A stretch of 63,068 nucleotides of DNA, the filler included, from Lenisia limosa (Eukaryota; Protista; Breviatea): NCBI GenBank assembly GCA_001655205.1. It is 5 parts of 5 records of this genome, joined end to end, with 100 filler letters (N's around TTAATTAATTAA, not from the genome) between each part and the next. Parts side by side here need not be neighbours in the genome. Positions count along the whole stretch, not along the records: positions 22,716 to 51,552 come from LPNZ01005454.1; positions 51,653 to 60,307 come from LPNZ01011466.1; 3 more parts are not named here. The stretch is one strand, 5' to 3'. The position numbers and the translations under genes were made by a program. This document shows, piece by piece, positions 44,200 through 58,169 of this stretch (the stretch's first letter is position 1; the number at the start of each line of letters is the position of its first letter). Below the pieces are notes generated by a model, which had not been told where the DNA came from, made no database searches, and worked only from the letters and a program-made list of their open reading frames with translations.

Positions 44200-44649
44200 T
44201 GTATCCCTCGAAAACAACTTCTTCCCCTTTCCCAGTAGTCAATCCTGAAAAGCTTCTACTCTTGTACACTTGTTTTGTTTTCTTGTTTTCTACAATGAGC
44301 TGAAGAGAGAGAGAGAGAGGAGAGGAAGAGCGATGGCAGCTGATTTTATACGCTCACGCTCAGCGCCAATTGCCGAACCCCCATGGCTAATACCACATTG
44401 CATTGTTGCACTTGCATTTGCACTCATTATGTTCCTACAGGTTGCCTACAGGTTCGTCATTTGNNNNNNNNNNNNNNNNNNNNNNNNNNNNNNNNNNNNN
44501 NNNNNNNNNNNNNNNNNNNNNNNNNNNNNNNNNNNNNNNNNNNNNNCACTGACTGGTTGACTCAAGCAAATCTGCGAGTGATATGATGTTTGACTTTGGT
44601 CCAACATATGTGAAGAGATATATCTTTGACAAGGAAACAGTTAAATAAA

Positions 44650-46368
44650 CATACAAGTCAACAGAGTTGACGCAGCCATGTGGGAGTTATCAAAACTCTC
44701 CGCCTCTAGGAAGTCAATGAAAGGTGGAAAAACGAGATATTGACAAAAAGGATATCACGCCAAAGGGATACAGGCTATCTCAACATACCAAATGGCTCAT
44801 CAACATAGTAGTTAGACCCGAAATACACCCTGAATCGTCAAAATGAAAAGAACACTCAATTGACATATCAAAGGACTTCTACTTACCCGCAATATTGTTG
44901 CGTTGCAGTATCAGCAGTTCCGCAGTTGTCCCCAGTTTTGCTCACAGTCGTTGCCACCTAGATTGTAAAAAAAAAAAAAAAAAAAAAATCCTTTTTCATA
45001 ACTAGGTCAGAATTTGCAATGGAGTGCGGAAACTATCATTCTCGCAAACCGTATCATCAAAGATTGTATAAGCACCATACGCAGGAGAAGCTACACTGTA
45101 AATACTGCGACGCTGGAATTGACGTCTTCACCTTTTGCTTACATTTGCGATAAAACGGGAAAATAATATCCCCCTTGCTTGCCACATCAGGAAAAGCAGA
45201 AGTAATAGGGGAAACACCAGACTAAACAATTAACAGCCCAATCACAAAAAGTGAGAGAAAGGCTTTCCAAATATATACACTGAAACTTCAGAAAGAAATG
45301 TCATTTTGTTCATATCTCCGACACTGCTTCCCCAACATACATGAAAATATGCATTTTTGGAGATTCTCCAGATAGATGAATCTTCGCAGCCTCTGCCTGC
45401 AAGGTCCCATCCACGGGTGTGACAGAAAGTTCTCATATCCTCCCGGGCTACAAGGTTAGTGATCAGGATAAAGCCTTTTTCTTCCCACCTGTTGCCCAGT
45501 TAGCAACTGCCACTCCATATGTTGGATAAATTGGAAATGTGAGTTTGGAGGTTCCCATCTCGCACCAGACCTAAATAAAGGAAGCAGGCTGTTGAACTAA
45601 AGAAAGTAGACCCTTAAGAGCATCATCCAACAACCCACTCGCTGAACACCTGTAGTAGTATTTAAGTAGTACCATCCTGAGATAGAAGCCAAGGCAGGCA
45701 AGGCTGCTGCCATGTTACGACATGACGTGTAGGTACCAAAGCCTCCTGGGGATATTAAAGTTGTAAGTAGACGGAAGAATAATATGCAATGAGAACGGTG
45801 GAAAAATAATAATATCAACTTAAATCAAACCAAATTGAGATCCTACCGAATGCTTTGATACTAAGTTCAAAAGCAAGATGTGCTTCCGATACGGTACTTG
45901 ATCCTATTGTATGAGAGTTGGCTGACAGCAAAATGTCCAGGAGTTTGTTACTTCTCTCTTCAGTTGAATATATAAGCAAGAAGATGAAAATTTACCTCAA
46001 CGCCTTTAGTCCCCACCCCACCAATATCATCACCGCTAACAGGCCTTGAAACAACATCCCCGTCCTCAGAAGCTGACAAAACACTCTTGATCTGATGACC
46101 GCCCATTCTACAAGGTAAGGCAATCAGGGTTGGAAACGTTTTTTTTTCACCCCCCCCCCCAAACTGAAGATTGCCATTCAGTGCAAAATCAGAAGTTGAT
46201 GAAACGCTCACACCTAAACGTTAACATATTCTTCCATAATTTGAGGATAAAGTGGAATGAGAGTGGGTGAATCTACCGAGACCTGAGTAATCATCCCAAC
46301 ATACAACGAACAACACCCAGAGCTACAACGAGAACAAACAGGAAAAGATCTCTAGTAAACCAATCCAT
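44650..46368 (-). CDS. Multi-exon putative secreted protein of unknown function
   Basis: Signal-peptide-like MDWFTRDLFLFVLVVALGVVRC, then exons VSVSSTSDFALNGNLQMGGHQIKSV, MRTFCHTRGWDLAGRGCEDS, GDNCGTADTATQQYCG. 3' end unresolved. Confidence 0.55.
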
Positions 46369-46881
46369 TGTTTTGTCCTAATAACTACGCTCAATAGCTT
46401 GAAAGGTACAACACTGGGAAATAACAGGGTGACGTGTTGCAATTTGTGTGTAGGAGATGTTGTGATGTTTGTTACTAGCTCCGTATTATATCCGTATATC
46501 CGTATACTAGCTCTTGTTTACAACTTGCCACCAACGTGTTGCTTTTGCTTGGGTGCTTGGGATCAACTTGGGATTTTTTATTTTTTACTTTTCGTCGGTG
46601 AAAACGCGGCCGTGGCGCATATTCCAGATACATCTGTATTTGGCAAGTTCCCAAGTTCTTCCTGCCCCTTCTCTCTTGGCTCTCTCTCGCCTTCCTCTAG
46701 CGCATTCCAGAAGCTAGTAGTAATAAAGTAATAAGAAACCTGCCGATCAGCTTGTTACCCTTCCTCTTTCATCGAAAGGAGAAAGAGGACTTCCCCTTTT
46801 CCTCTATTGTGAAATTGTGAACTCACATAAGTTATCAACAGATTTATCTGCCACTTTGTACTTAAGAGCAGCTATTAGAAG

Positions 46882-49800
46882 ATGAAATCATGGGCCTCTA
46901 TTTTTATCACCTTGATGGTATTTTCCCTCGTTGCTGCTAATGCTAATGCAGGTAAGATTAAGTCGGGGTTTTGAATTAATTTTCAGTGCTTTGGCAGTGG
47001 TGTTGGGATGTCAACACTTCAAACAACCCCTGGAACTGTGGTAAATGCGGACATGATTGTGGAAGTGAGTTTTAGATGACTTATCATTCCATTGTAGAAG
47101 GTAAATTATGCAAAAATTCACAATGCTATACCCCTGCTACTTGCAGTAAAGGACAAAGGCAATGTGGGAACAGGTAAAGACAAAGTTTACTAGTTTTATG
47201 ATGAAGGTGTGTTGACATTGGTACTAATCACTGGCATTGTGGAGGTTGTAACAAAAAATGTGAGACTAATACGTGGTGCAGAGGCGATCGATGTGTCTGT
47301 GAGCTGGAGGAATTGTCTGCATTTATCATCTCCCAATTACATATTCTTCTTTTTTTTATGGACAAAAATAAAGAAATAGAATATGCCTTATTTCCATTTT
47401 CTATTTAAGACCCTTCAGCGTGTCCAAAATTGAGTTCAATCTGTGATAACTCATCAACATGTGTGGCACTTCATACGAACAACAGATGGTTTGCTCTATT
47501 TGTCCAATGTTGATCACCGTTATAGTGGTAGTTGTCACACCAAGTGTGCAAACGGAAAAGTTTGTGTAAATGGCAAATGCAAAACAGCAAGTAGGCTAAC
47601 ACTGAATTATACAACTTATCACATTTATTATATGTTATGCAAAGATATCTTCATATGATATTTCTAAACCTTTTCAGAGTGCAAGGGACCGGAACGTTAC
47701 TGTTCTGAGGCGCAAGGTTGTACCAACTGTCTCGAAGACAAGAACAACTGTGGTAGCTGCGGAAACAAATGCACAAACGGCAAAGTATGATGTGAGTTGA
47801 TATATTATGGTTTTCAGATATGCCGCAACGGTGCCTGCAAACCTGTGATCTGTGAAAAGAATGAGTTCAAATGTCCAATTGACTCAAATGTCTGTTGTCT
47901 TAAAGAACAAGTCTGTGTAAATGATTCGAATGGGCTTGGCAAGTGCAAATGCAAAGAAGGCTTTACCGAGTGCGGAGGACAGTGTTGTGGGTACCAATTT
48001 CTGCCAAATTCACTCATTTTGATATAGTCAAAGATAATATATTTTTGAAAGACAAAAATAACTGTGGAGAATGTGGAAACAAGTGTCCAGGAACCAATGA
48101 ATGCGTTGAAGGCAAATGCAGTGAGTTTGGGTTTGAAAAGTGATCATATTATATACTATGATATGTTACCTTCATCAATTACACACATTTAGAATTTGAG
48201 TGTGATCAAGATAATGACGAATTCCTTTGTCACTTTGATACAAGTGTCTGCTGCACAAAGAACACTATTTGCGTGCTTGATGCAGACATGAATACCAAAT
48301 GTGAATGCAAAGAGCCAAATGAAGAATGTGATGGACAATGCTGTAGGAAATTGTTCCACAAGGTCCAACTAATCTCTATAGACACCCATAAACAATATGA
48401 ACGCGATAATAAAAACTGTGGTGAATGTGGTGTCGAATGCCCAGAAGGATCTAGGTGCACTGGAGGGGAATGCAAACCGGTAAGATGGGTTTAAATTTCC
48501 ATCTATGAAGCAATAAAGCTCATTCATCAGCTTTGTGGACAAATGGAGACACTGTGTAACGAATCACAAACATGTTGTCATCGCTTTAACCAAAAATGTG
48601 TCAAGGTTGGTTAAAGGCAACAAATATTTGCCCTTTCACTTCTTAGAAAACAGGAGCACTTGGCGAATACGTTTGCCAATGTGTTGAAGGCTTCACTGAC
48701 TGCTCAGGAGAATGCAGTTTGCATTTAATCATCATATACCTACTACACTCTTTTCCTCAATATTTTGTGATAAATACCTTTAGTACAAAACTCAGACTTT
48801 CACACTAACCCCGACAACTGCGGAGGATGGTGAGGTTTCAACAATACGGACTCAATTCAGCATTTATTTTCACCTGTCATTCACCCAGTAACAACAAATG
48901 CGATTCTGGTCAATGTTTCGAGGGACGATGTGTTACGCAATGCTCTGATGCTGGAATGACACCTTGTCCCTCCTCAGACCAGCTTTGTTGCCGCAAGGAC
49001 CAGCTGTGCATTATCAATGACCTTGGAGTGGGTAGCTTTAGATTTAGACCATTTTTTCTCTTAAGAGTATTTATTTTGCTTAGAAATACGCGTGTGAATG
49101 CACTGACTACAATGTTGAATGTGGTGGAAAGTGCCACCCATTTAATGTAAGTTTTACAATTGCCCAAATTAACTCAATTATATTTTAGTTCTTTGAGCAT
49201 AGTCGAAATCATTGCGGAGAATGCGGTCATAAGTGCGAAGAAGACTACGACTGCGTTAGAGGCGTATGTGGTAGGTGGCTTTACTTTAAAATGAAACTGT
49301 TATTTCACTCCATAGTGTGTAACAATTCGAAATGTGCTAAGTGCAATAGCAATGAAATTCAATGCGACGGCGAGTGTGTCAGAGTTTGGGGGTAATACTA
49401 TAAGACAAGATGGTATTTAATCAGGTTGACACTTTTAGTCAATATCCCTAGAAAAAACAATAATATTTCAAATTGCATAAAAATGGCTCTTTGGTAACGT
49501 TTCAATTGCTATAAAGGCCACTCTAAATTCACACTTCAAGATAAGTGAATCCAATTGCTTCGGATGTGGTAAACGATGTCGTACTGACGAGTTCTGCAGT
49601 ACACAACTTCAGGGATGCAGTTTGAGGGTCGCATGGCCTCCATATCAATAATCAGTTCTCCTAACAATCAAGCTGAAAAGTGCGGAAGAAGTGAACAAGT
49701 CTGCCCACATAAGCATAATCTTTGCTGCAAAAGGTGGGTTATTGCAAATAACGTGATAACTATTTCCTTGTTTCTCATTCCATGCAGTAACGAGAAGTGT

Positions 49801-51537
49801 CACTTTAGTGACTTTGATGATGACTTTATATGTCTTTGCTCCAAACCAAACGTCCAATGTGATGGACATTGTGGTGAAAATTGTGTTTACTTGTATTTGA
49901 CCACCTCAGTTACCCCAAAATCCTTCCTTTTTTGGGATAAACATTGCGGCTCATGCAACAACAAATGTCAACAATTTGAGAAGTGTATCAACGGCATCTG
50001 TAGTAGTGTATGAATGGACTGTTTATATTTCGGTTCTCATTACATCAAGGAATGCCGCCAAAGTCAGATTGCGTGTAAGGATGGGACCACGTGTTGTGAC
50101 AGAGAAACCGAAAAATGTCACTTGGTAGGAATAACTTGGACGAAAAATGAACTTTGTCGCCAGTAACATTGATATGATTTTCAAAAACATGTAATGATTT
50201 TGAATATTTGGTATTAGTAATTATAACTATCAGGATGGAGATGAATATGAATGTCAGTGCAATGACAGCCATGTGCATTGCAAGGGTAAATGTCTTAAAA
50301 AAGAGAGGTTCAAAACAGACAAACACAATTGTGGAAAATGGTAGATTAAGATACTTGGAAAACAATCCCCTTATTTTGACTGTAGCGGAAGAAAATGCAA
50401 AAGCAATGAATCTTGCAAAGTTTCCGAATGCACTGAAGATTGTCCTTCGGATCATAAAAGATGCAAAGATGACACATGCTGTCGAAACGATCAAATCTGC
50501 AAGAAGGAAGTTGGTACCCTTCAAATCAATTGCTTACATCCAAGGGCATTGTGTTTAACAGGTACAAATGCGCTTGTGAGAGAGGATTTAAAGAGTGTAA
50601 CAACAAGTGTCAAAGCAAAAATGTAAGTTGAATAGGAACACACAATTTACTTGACAACTTTCATGTTTATTGCTTCTAGTTCTTCTTACAGAATAATGAA
50701 CATTGTGGAGGCTGTAATAATCCTTGCAAAAAGGGTGAAACTTGTCACTTTGGTCGATGTAGTAGGTGGTTGACATTGTCTTTTAAATACTCAAAATAAT
50801 CCTAAATAAATATGATTTACAGTGTATTGTGATAAGTGCTTGTCAGATTGAATATTATAATATTTGACTTCAATAGAATGTACCGAACCAAGTGGTAATT
50901 GCCGCTGCGCGATTGATGAAATCGAATGCAATGGGGAGTGTACCAAGATCACTAACAAAAATTGTTTCACATGTGGATTCAAATGTCCATCAACTTCATT
51001 TTGTGACGCCAGAGCACGTCAATGCAGTATGTTTTTGTGTCTTCAAAAACGTCCGTTTCGTTTTTCACTCAATAGTATGTGCCAACCAGCTACCTCTATG
51101 TGGTGATGCCTGCTGCCATGATGGTGAAACTTGCGTTAACCAGAGTTGGAGGAGATGATGATTTTCGTTTTATTAAGAGAGATGTATGTGACCAAATAGA
51201 ATGTGTCAGCAAGGGAGATTGTACAGACAATGAATTCCCTTGCCCCCTCTGGGGAGTTCAACCGTTATGCTGCCAGAAGCATGATGAAGTATGTAGCGTT
51301 CAAGGTTCCAAGTTCTCATGTGAATGTGCAAATCGAAAAAAACGGTTAGTTGGAATATTGAACTTGAACATGTTATTGTTTTTAGGTAAGAAATTTACTG
51401 AGAAATCACAATTCAGCTGCGGATCTCATTGTACCAACATTTGGGATGACCGTCGTAACTGTGGCGATTGTGGCACCAGCTGCAAGAAATCAGAAGTGTG
51501 TCATGAGGCGCAATGCAGTCAGTGGGCTAACACTTAG
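46882..51537 (+). CDS. Large secreted Cys-rich repeat protein with many Stig1-like (D/N-x-x-NCGxCGxxC) modules
   Basis: Signal peptide MKSWASIFITLMVFSLVAANANA. Recurrent NCGKCGHDC, NCGSCGNKC, NCGECGNKC, NCGDCGTSC across more than 20 short exons; the introns checked are canonical. Stop at 51537. Confidence 0.85.
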
Positions 51538-51989
51538 AGTGGTGATAGATATNNNNNNNNNNNNNNNNNNNNNNNNNNNNNNNNNNNNNNNNNNNNTTAA
51601 TTAATTAANNNNNNNNNNNNNNNNNNNNNNNNNNNNNNNNNNNNNNNNNNNNTGATGAAAAAAAAACCCAATTGAATTGAGAAAATGCTACACATCGCGT
51701 TATACTATTGAGTTACTGATTCATAGAAGAAAGAAACGGAAAGATATAAAGATACGTTTTAATACTCTATTTACTCAAATAAAAAAATCAAACACAAGCG
51801 CACGCAAACTAAACTGAAACTTTCAACTGAAGCAAATTAAATTCTTGGTCCGGTCACAATGTTCACTTACATCCGAGGCCCTAAATGTCACTTTTATTAA
51901 AAAAAAACTGTAGGACCTACTTAGTAAGGTCGGTGGCTTTCACTTTGTACAAAAAATAATAAAGGTAAAAATCCAAAACTTTGAAAGAG

Positions 51990-53227
51990 GATGAAAACAG
52001 CCAGAAGTCGTCAGGGATGAAGTACTTTTGGCGGCACTCGTTGACGTAGGGGACGAAGACATCGAAGACCTTTGTCCCCTACGTCAACGAAGACCCAGGC
52101 AGTAAAGATCTCAACAGTCTAATTAGCTATACAATAATAAAGGCACTTTCATTCCCAAAAAACCTCAATAACATTGATATTTTCTCTTAAATCAAAAGTG
52201 AAACTTTATTCATATTTCTCAAAAAAGATAACAAAGGTGGTTTCTAAGTAATATTATTATATTAGGTGATGACATAATTTTTAATCTTGTAACTCCCAAT
52301 CCCCATACTTGCCAGCCCTTGGGGGAGCTTAGAACGGTAGCGCCGTAGGGGTGGAACTTCTCCTTTTTCTTCTCAGAGATAGTTTTGTTGGCAACGAGGA
52401 TGGTGGAGGGAAACGGAACGCTGCTGGAGCTGATATATTAGATGACAAACACAGATTATGAGTCAACTATTACACAAGCAAAATCAGAATTTTCCATAAA
52501 ATGATATTCCCCTCTCACCAGATGGTACCGACAAACGTCATATGCTCAATCATCGACTCGTCCATGTTGAAGACAAGGTTTTTGTTGATGGGGTAGTCAT
52601 CAGCAAGGAGGTGAGACAGAGCGACGAAGTACTTCTGGATCTTCTCCTCAGTAGTAGCGTCATGACGGTTGTCGTCGACAATATTGGGGGTCTACAAGAT
52701 CAAACAAAACCCAAAAAACTCGCATCAACAAAAGAAAAAACAATATTATATTGAGTGGTGGGTGAACCTGGTAGACAACGATATGATGTGAGAATAAAAA
52801 CATCACCAGCATACAGTAATCTTAAGGAAGTCATCATAAGTCTTGAGCCAGCGGTCGACCCAAGATATTGAAAGGTTGATAACCTCGTTTGTCGCGGAGT
52901 AGTGGAGAGATGCTGCCTGATTGTATAAAGGAGAAATAGAAGGGAAACAAAACAAAATTCAAAAGGCTACCTACCATCAATTTGATCTCCTTTTTCGTGG
53001 GGAAAAAGCCGTCCTGGATGTCCGAGAAGAGCCAGGGGAGAGGAGAAATCCGCCAACTATTCTTCTCTATTGGAACCTTAATGCACTTGTACGCATCTGC
53101 GTATGAAGACTTTGAGACATCAAGGAGCTTAGCAATTTCCCTAACAGAAAACTCCATCTTCTCCCTCAAGGATTTCATGGAGGGAGATGATTTTTTCATA
53201 AAGTGACAGACCAAGAACACCAGGAAC
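51990..53227 (-). mobile_element. Second pogo/CENP-B-like transposase gene (partial, intron-containing)
   Basis: LSISWVDRWLK (CENP-B HTH end), NLVFNMDESM (NmDET motif), VLSSPKG, FTAWVFDVFVPYVNECR. GC3-rich exons. 5' end lies in the gap; DGH motif not found. Confidence 0.7.
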
Positions 53228-55495
53228 CNNNNNNNNNNNNNNNNNNNNNNNNNNNNNNNNNNNNNNNNNNNNNNNNNNNNNNNNNNNNNNNNNNNNNNNN
53301 NNNNNNNNNNNNNNNNNNNNNNNNNNNNNNNNNNNNNNNNNTTTATAAATTTTTAAGACTACTATAACAGATGAAGGTTAGAGTGTAAAGGAACTGTTTT
53401 TTTTAAAAAATGGAGCACATGGCTAATGTTCGCATTTTGACTGGATTTTTCAATCATTTTTTTGTTCAATAAGTGATGGTGTTGAGGTTTATTTCCTTCT
53501 TGCCTTACCAATGTATGTTTTAGCATTGGTTGTAACACACTACCAACTCATACTTTATTTATTCAAAATGTTCTCATACANNNNNNNNNNNNNNNNNNNN
53601 NNNNNNNNNNNNNNNNNNNNNNNNNNNNNNNNNNNNNNNNNNNNNNNNNCAGGAAACTTTTTTGACCATTTTGAGTGTCCCTGTTTATGGAAATTTTGAA
53701 AATGAACAAGGTTAACAAAAAACTCAAGCTCTCCGGGAATTTTGAATGTTGTCCGGAGCTATGACTAATATGTATTATTTGTGTGTGCAAGAATAATTCG
53801 TTATGACTAAACTGGAGAAAGTGGCAATTTTTAGTTTTAAACACGAATTTTATCATGTTTGTGTTCTTGTAATTAAAAAGAATCTGGTTTGGATTGTCGT
53901 TATTCTTCAATTTCAAACCACATGTCATCGCCTTTTTGTATTATTTTGCATTCATGTATTATTAGAAGTGCCCGCATCCATGCCTCTTTCAAACTCCTCA
54001 GTCAAGTCTTTCTCAGCCTCTCTAGTGTGCTGCTATTATTTGTTTTATAAAATACTCTATAAAATTTAGTTGAGAGGATTTAGACCCTTGCAAAGTAGGA
54101 GGCATATATATCTTACAGATGGGGACTAAAGTTGGCTTTTGGCGTACAAAACCTTCCTGAATTTCTGGGTTCGAATCCCAGTCAATGCTTCTTTATTTTC
54201 CAGTTGAGTTGCAGGTATTGACAATTTCGGCAATATACACGATTCCCGTTTTCTACCACAGCTCTTCATTGTACTTTAGTTCATATTCAAGAATAATAAA
54301 CAAGATAAAGTGATTCTAGAGAAGTTTTCAAGCATTCTATAGCACGTTCTCAATTTTGGACTCCATATCCCAGTTATAAGCTTTATTAAGGATAGAATTT
54401 ATCTAAAAATAATCTCTAAGGTCGGGGAATGAGGAACAGGGAGGCTTCTACGAACAAAACCCCCAAATCTCTATTTTTGAAAAGTAGCCATCATTTTCAC
54501 CTTTGGTAGGAGTAGCGCTAAACTATTCCTGTTCTACCTGCCCATCTAGAAATTGAAAAATACAGAAAGTTCTCGGAGGGAACCCAGTAATTTGGTCAGT
54601 GAAGACTTTGTATTTCATAATTCATCCGAAGTACCCTTCATATCTTGGTCTTGTTTTCCTCCCAATTTTCCTTTTAGATACGATATGCGTTTATTTTGAC
54701 ATTCATTTTTAACAGCTTTTGTCCCATTCATTAGAATATATGTATATACCTACTAGGTATGAGTTTTGGATGACTTATGGGTTTCCAACCTCGTAAGTAC
54801 CTTTATTTAGAGATTTCAAGCAAATGAAATTTCGAGAGGTGAGAACCATATTGGCATGAAAATGGTGATCTCTTTATTTGGTGAAACTCTCCGATATATA
54901 TTCCAAGCCAATCTGATTGATGGGAGACGCTACTGCCTCTACTCTTTGTATCCGACCATTATTTATCTTAAAACATATTTGCTATTTAGCTTCATACAAT
55001 ACCAAATGAAGACACACTGCCAGTCGTGTAATTTAGTAAACGATTGGACCCAAAAAGCCCGTGCAGGTCACAGCGTCAATAATATTTCCTTTTGACCCGC
55101 GCAATTAGGTTTTTTTGTCAATCGAGGAGCGGAAGATTGTGGCTGGAACCTGCGAATAGACTCAACAGGTCGTTTCCCCAGATATAACTATTCTTTTACC
55201 CCATGATATATTATTTGTTCAAAAGAATGGCGTTTACCAAAATGCGTATCGAAACCCCAGGTTCTTGGGAATATCAGTTTTTCCACAAGTTCAATCCTGC
55301 CGCTGAGCCTAATTTGGTTTCAAGTTCAAGTTCAAGTTCAAGTTAACAGAGGCAAAACTGAGGCAAAAGTCCATTGTGATTTTTCGCGGCAAAGTTGAAT
55401 AGTATATTAATACATTAACACCTCCTTAGGTTGCAGTTCAGTTTGATCAGTTGGGATGGATTAAAGGGATAATTGGTGTTTTTTTTTTTAAGTAA

Positions 55496-55970
55496 ATGAC
55501 TTTATCATGCTCTTTTGAAGGTAAACATTGAGTTTAATTTTAGGTTGTCTGAGTAGTTTTCAAACAAAAAAAGAGTTAGAAAGACATGAATGCGTTCATA
55601 TTGAAGAAAGGCCTTTTGCATGTTGTTTTCCAAGTTGAATATTTTCGTTTATGCGACTGTAATTGGAGATTTAAAACGAGTTCTGCATTAGAGAGGCATT
55701 TTGTGATACACACTGGTGAAAAGGTCTATCAATGTCCATGTTTTTTTTTAAATATTATTTGATTGCCCCAAAGTGTTCAATAGGAAAGGGAACATGTTGA
55801 GTCATTTACTCATCCATGAGGAAGAAAGAGAAATTTTTCAGTGTCCTCATCCTGGTTTTCTTTGCAATTAATCTTGAGGTTGTTCAAAGTATTTCATGAG
55901 AAAGGCCACCTTGGAACAGCATATTTCACTTCATTCAAGTGCTGGAGGGTTTGTTTTCTTTCTATAAGAA
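55496..55970 (+). CDS. C2H2 zinc-finger protein (at least four fingers), micro-introns
   Basis: CSFEGC..RHECVH, CCFPNC..RHFVIHTGEK, CPYC..HLLIH, CPHPGC..QHISLH after removing 55521-55543 (GT-AG), 55634-55655 (GT-CG), 55740-55761 (GT-TG) and 55855-55878 (GT-AG). 3' end unresolved. Confidence 0.8.
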
Positions 55971-56916
55971 ATGTAAGTCCAATTAGATACCAATTTTTTT
56001 TTCTCCTTTTCTCCTTTTTGCTACCCGAACAAAATCGAAGCTGTTTTACGAAAAACTTCCCAACAGAAGTATCCCGAAGGGTCTTTTTAATTGTACTATC
56101 AATTTTTTTGTACAATAAAAACAAGGACTGAAGGTTGGTAAACCAGATTTTCACCTCGGAGTTTTGGTCAATGTACTTTCATAGGCATGTAAGACCTCTT
56201 GTTACTTGTTCTTTGATTGGTTTGAAGGTTTTATCACCACGTGATTTGTCGAATTGCTGCTGAGCCACAGTTTTTTGGGCAGGTATTTTCCAGCCCAAAG
56301 AGATTAAATATTTGCACCACTCTACCTTTTACTTCTTCTCCTTGGTTTCTGCAACAGTATTTAGACAATTGTTGAATTTATTTTGAAAACTGAAATGCAC
56401 AGACTGGGAAGCCGAGCCGAATTGCTGGTTTACAAACCTTAAAGGCAGGCCGCTAAACCAGAATGAAACCTTGGAGTGTTCAGATTTTTCTATGGATTTG
56501 GGACTTGGAGGGAGTCAGATTTTGGCAATTATTGACCATAGATTTGGGCTTGTATTGCTTCAAACATAGCAAAATTACGCAGTTAGAGCTTGATAAACCT
56601 TGTTCCACGAGTAAATACAATGGTGTGTGATTTCGAACAGTAAAAGAACATTCATCACTAGCCTCAAGCAGGATTTTGGACCTTTTACTGCATGATTCAA
56701 TGTAGCATTCTTTTTTTACTCATATCACTCTACATTTATTAAAGAAATGAACAAACAAAAAGGAACAGGGAACTTGGATTTGGGGCTAGGTTAAGATTAC
56801 GTAGTGAATATGGTTTGGAGACCTGCTTTATGCAATATATTTTCACATTGTGGTAATTGTATGAAGTTCAAATTTGATGACTTTCTGTTTTATTTTCTAT
56901 AGCAGTGCTTCAAATT

Positions 56917-57118
56917 GGAAAGTTGTCTCGGATATCCGATGTACACTATTCTTAATTGCGCGTCATATTGAACGTGAATTGCGCTACTTTTTCCTCTTTT
57001 ACTCCTTCTCAAAATCGACTTAAGAGTCATTATCAATACTAAATGGAATAATACACGTAAACCGCTCCAAAGAAGACCTATTCTTCGATAATTAATCTAC
57101 TATCCGAGACAACTTTCC
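56917..57118. mobile_element. MITE-like ~200-bp element with 18-bp perfect inverted ends
   Basis: GGAAAGTTGTCTCGGATA at 56917-56934 and its reverse complement at 57101-57118. Confidence 0.55.
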
Positions 57119-58169
57119 CATTTGAAACCCTTTTCTTGCAGTGGCTAGTTTAAATATAATACTTGATTAATACTTAATACTTGCTTTTTCAAAGCAGGGT
57201 TAAATACAAATTCACCAAGTTGAGGATTTACTGACTAACAAAAAACCTTGAAATGCGTCACTGGCTTTAGTGGTGCATTTGCAGTGACAGCCTCAGTCAT
57301 ACTTGTTGAGGATATTTTTGAAACGGTTTTGGCAGTTAAAAGTACAATAATGATAATAGTAAATTGTTAAAATAATTCTGTTTAACAATTGCTTTTATCG
57401 TTGTTCAAGCTTCGTGCACATCCTCCCGTCGACAAGAAATAATTACAAAACAACAACAAAATTCCTAACTTTTTTTATAACAAACAGAGCAACATTCACA
57501 AAAAGGTAAATAGTACACTCAAGTGAAATGGAAAAAGGGGGGAAGGAAATGGTTGGGAAGTGATTCTCCATTCTACGCTTCTATGGCCAATCAACGGATA
57601 AAACTAGATAAGAGGTTAGAGAGCGCTTAAGGTTGGCGCCAGGGTGCCAATTGCTCAGAGAATTCTCGATTGTGTTCCTCTTTTTTTAGTTTTGCATGAT
57701 GATTTGTAAAAGAGGCAAATTTATGAGTATATAAGAGAAAGTCAGGAAGTGAATAGTGTTTTCATTGTCTTTTTCCATTGAGTAACTCGCGTCTCTTACC
57801 TCCGCCTTGCCTCTCTTAGCTGTTTTATGTTAGATTAGTACTCTAGAGTCATGCCCGACAAGTGTTAACTCTTATTCATCCTTGATATTGATGCTCGTAA
57901 AACCCCATCAGGTAAACTATAGGAAAGTTGATTCATCCTTTGTTTACCATTTAGTTGGCTCATCTGTTGATTTTAGAGAAAGAATATAATTGTAAGTGAG
58001 TGGTCAAATCATGTTCAATCCCCCCCCCCNNNNNNNNNNNNNNNNNNNNNNNNNNNNNNNNNNNNNNNNNNNNNNNNNNNNNNNNNNNNNNNNNNNNNNN
58101 NNNNNNNNNNNNNNNNNNNNNNNNNNNNNNNNNNNNNNNNNNNNNNNNNNNNNNNNNNNNNNNGTTTTC

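Noticed and set aside
54165-54181. Perfect tRNA T-arm CTGGGTTCGAATCCCAG (weaker one at 14784-14798)
   Set aside because: I could not build acceptor, D and anticodon arms. At most a tRNA-derived remnant; tRNAscan-SE would settle it.
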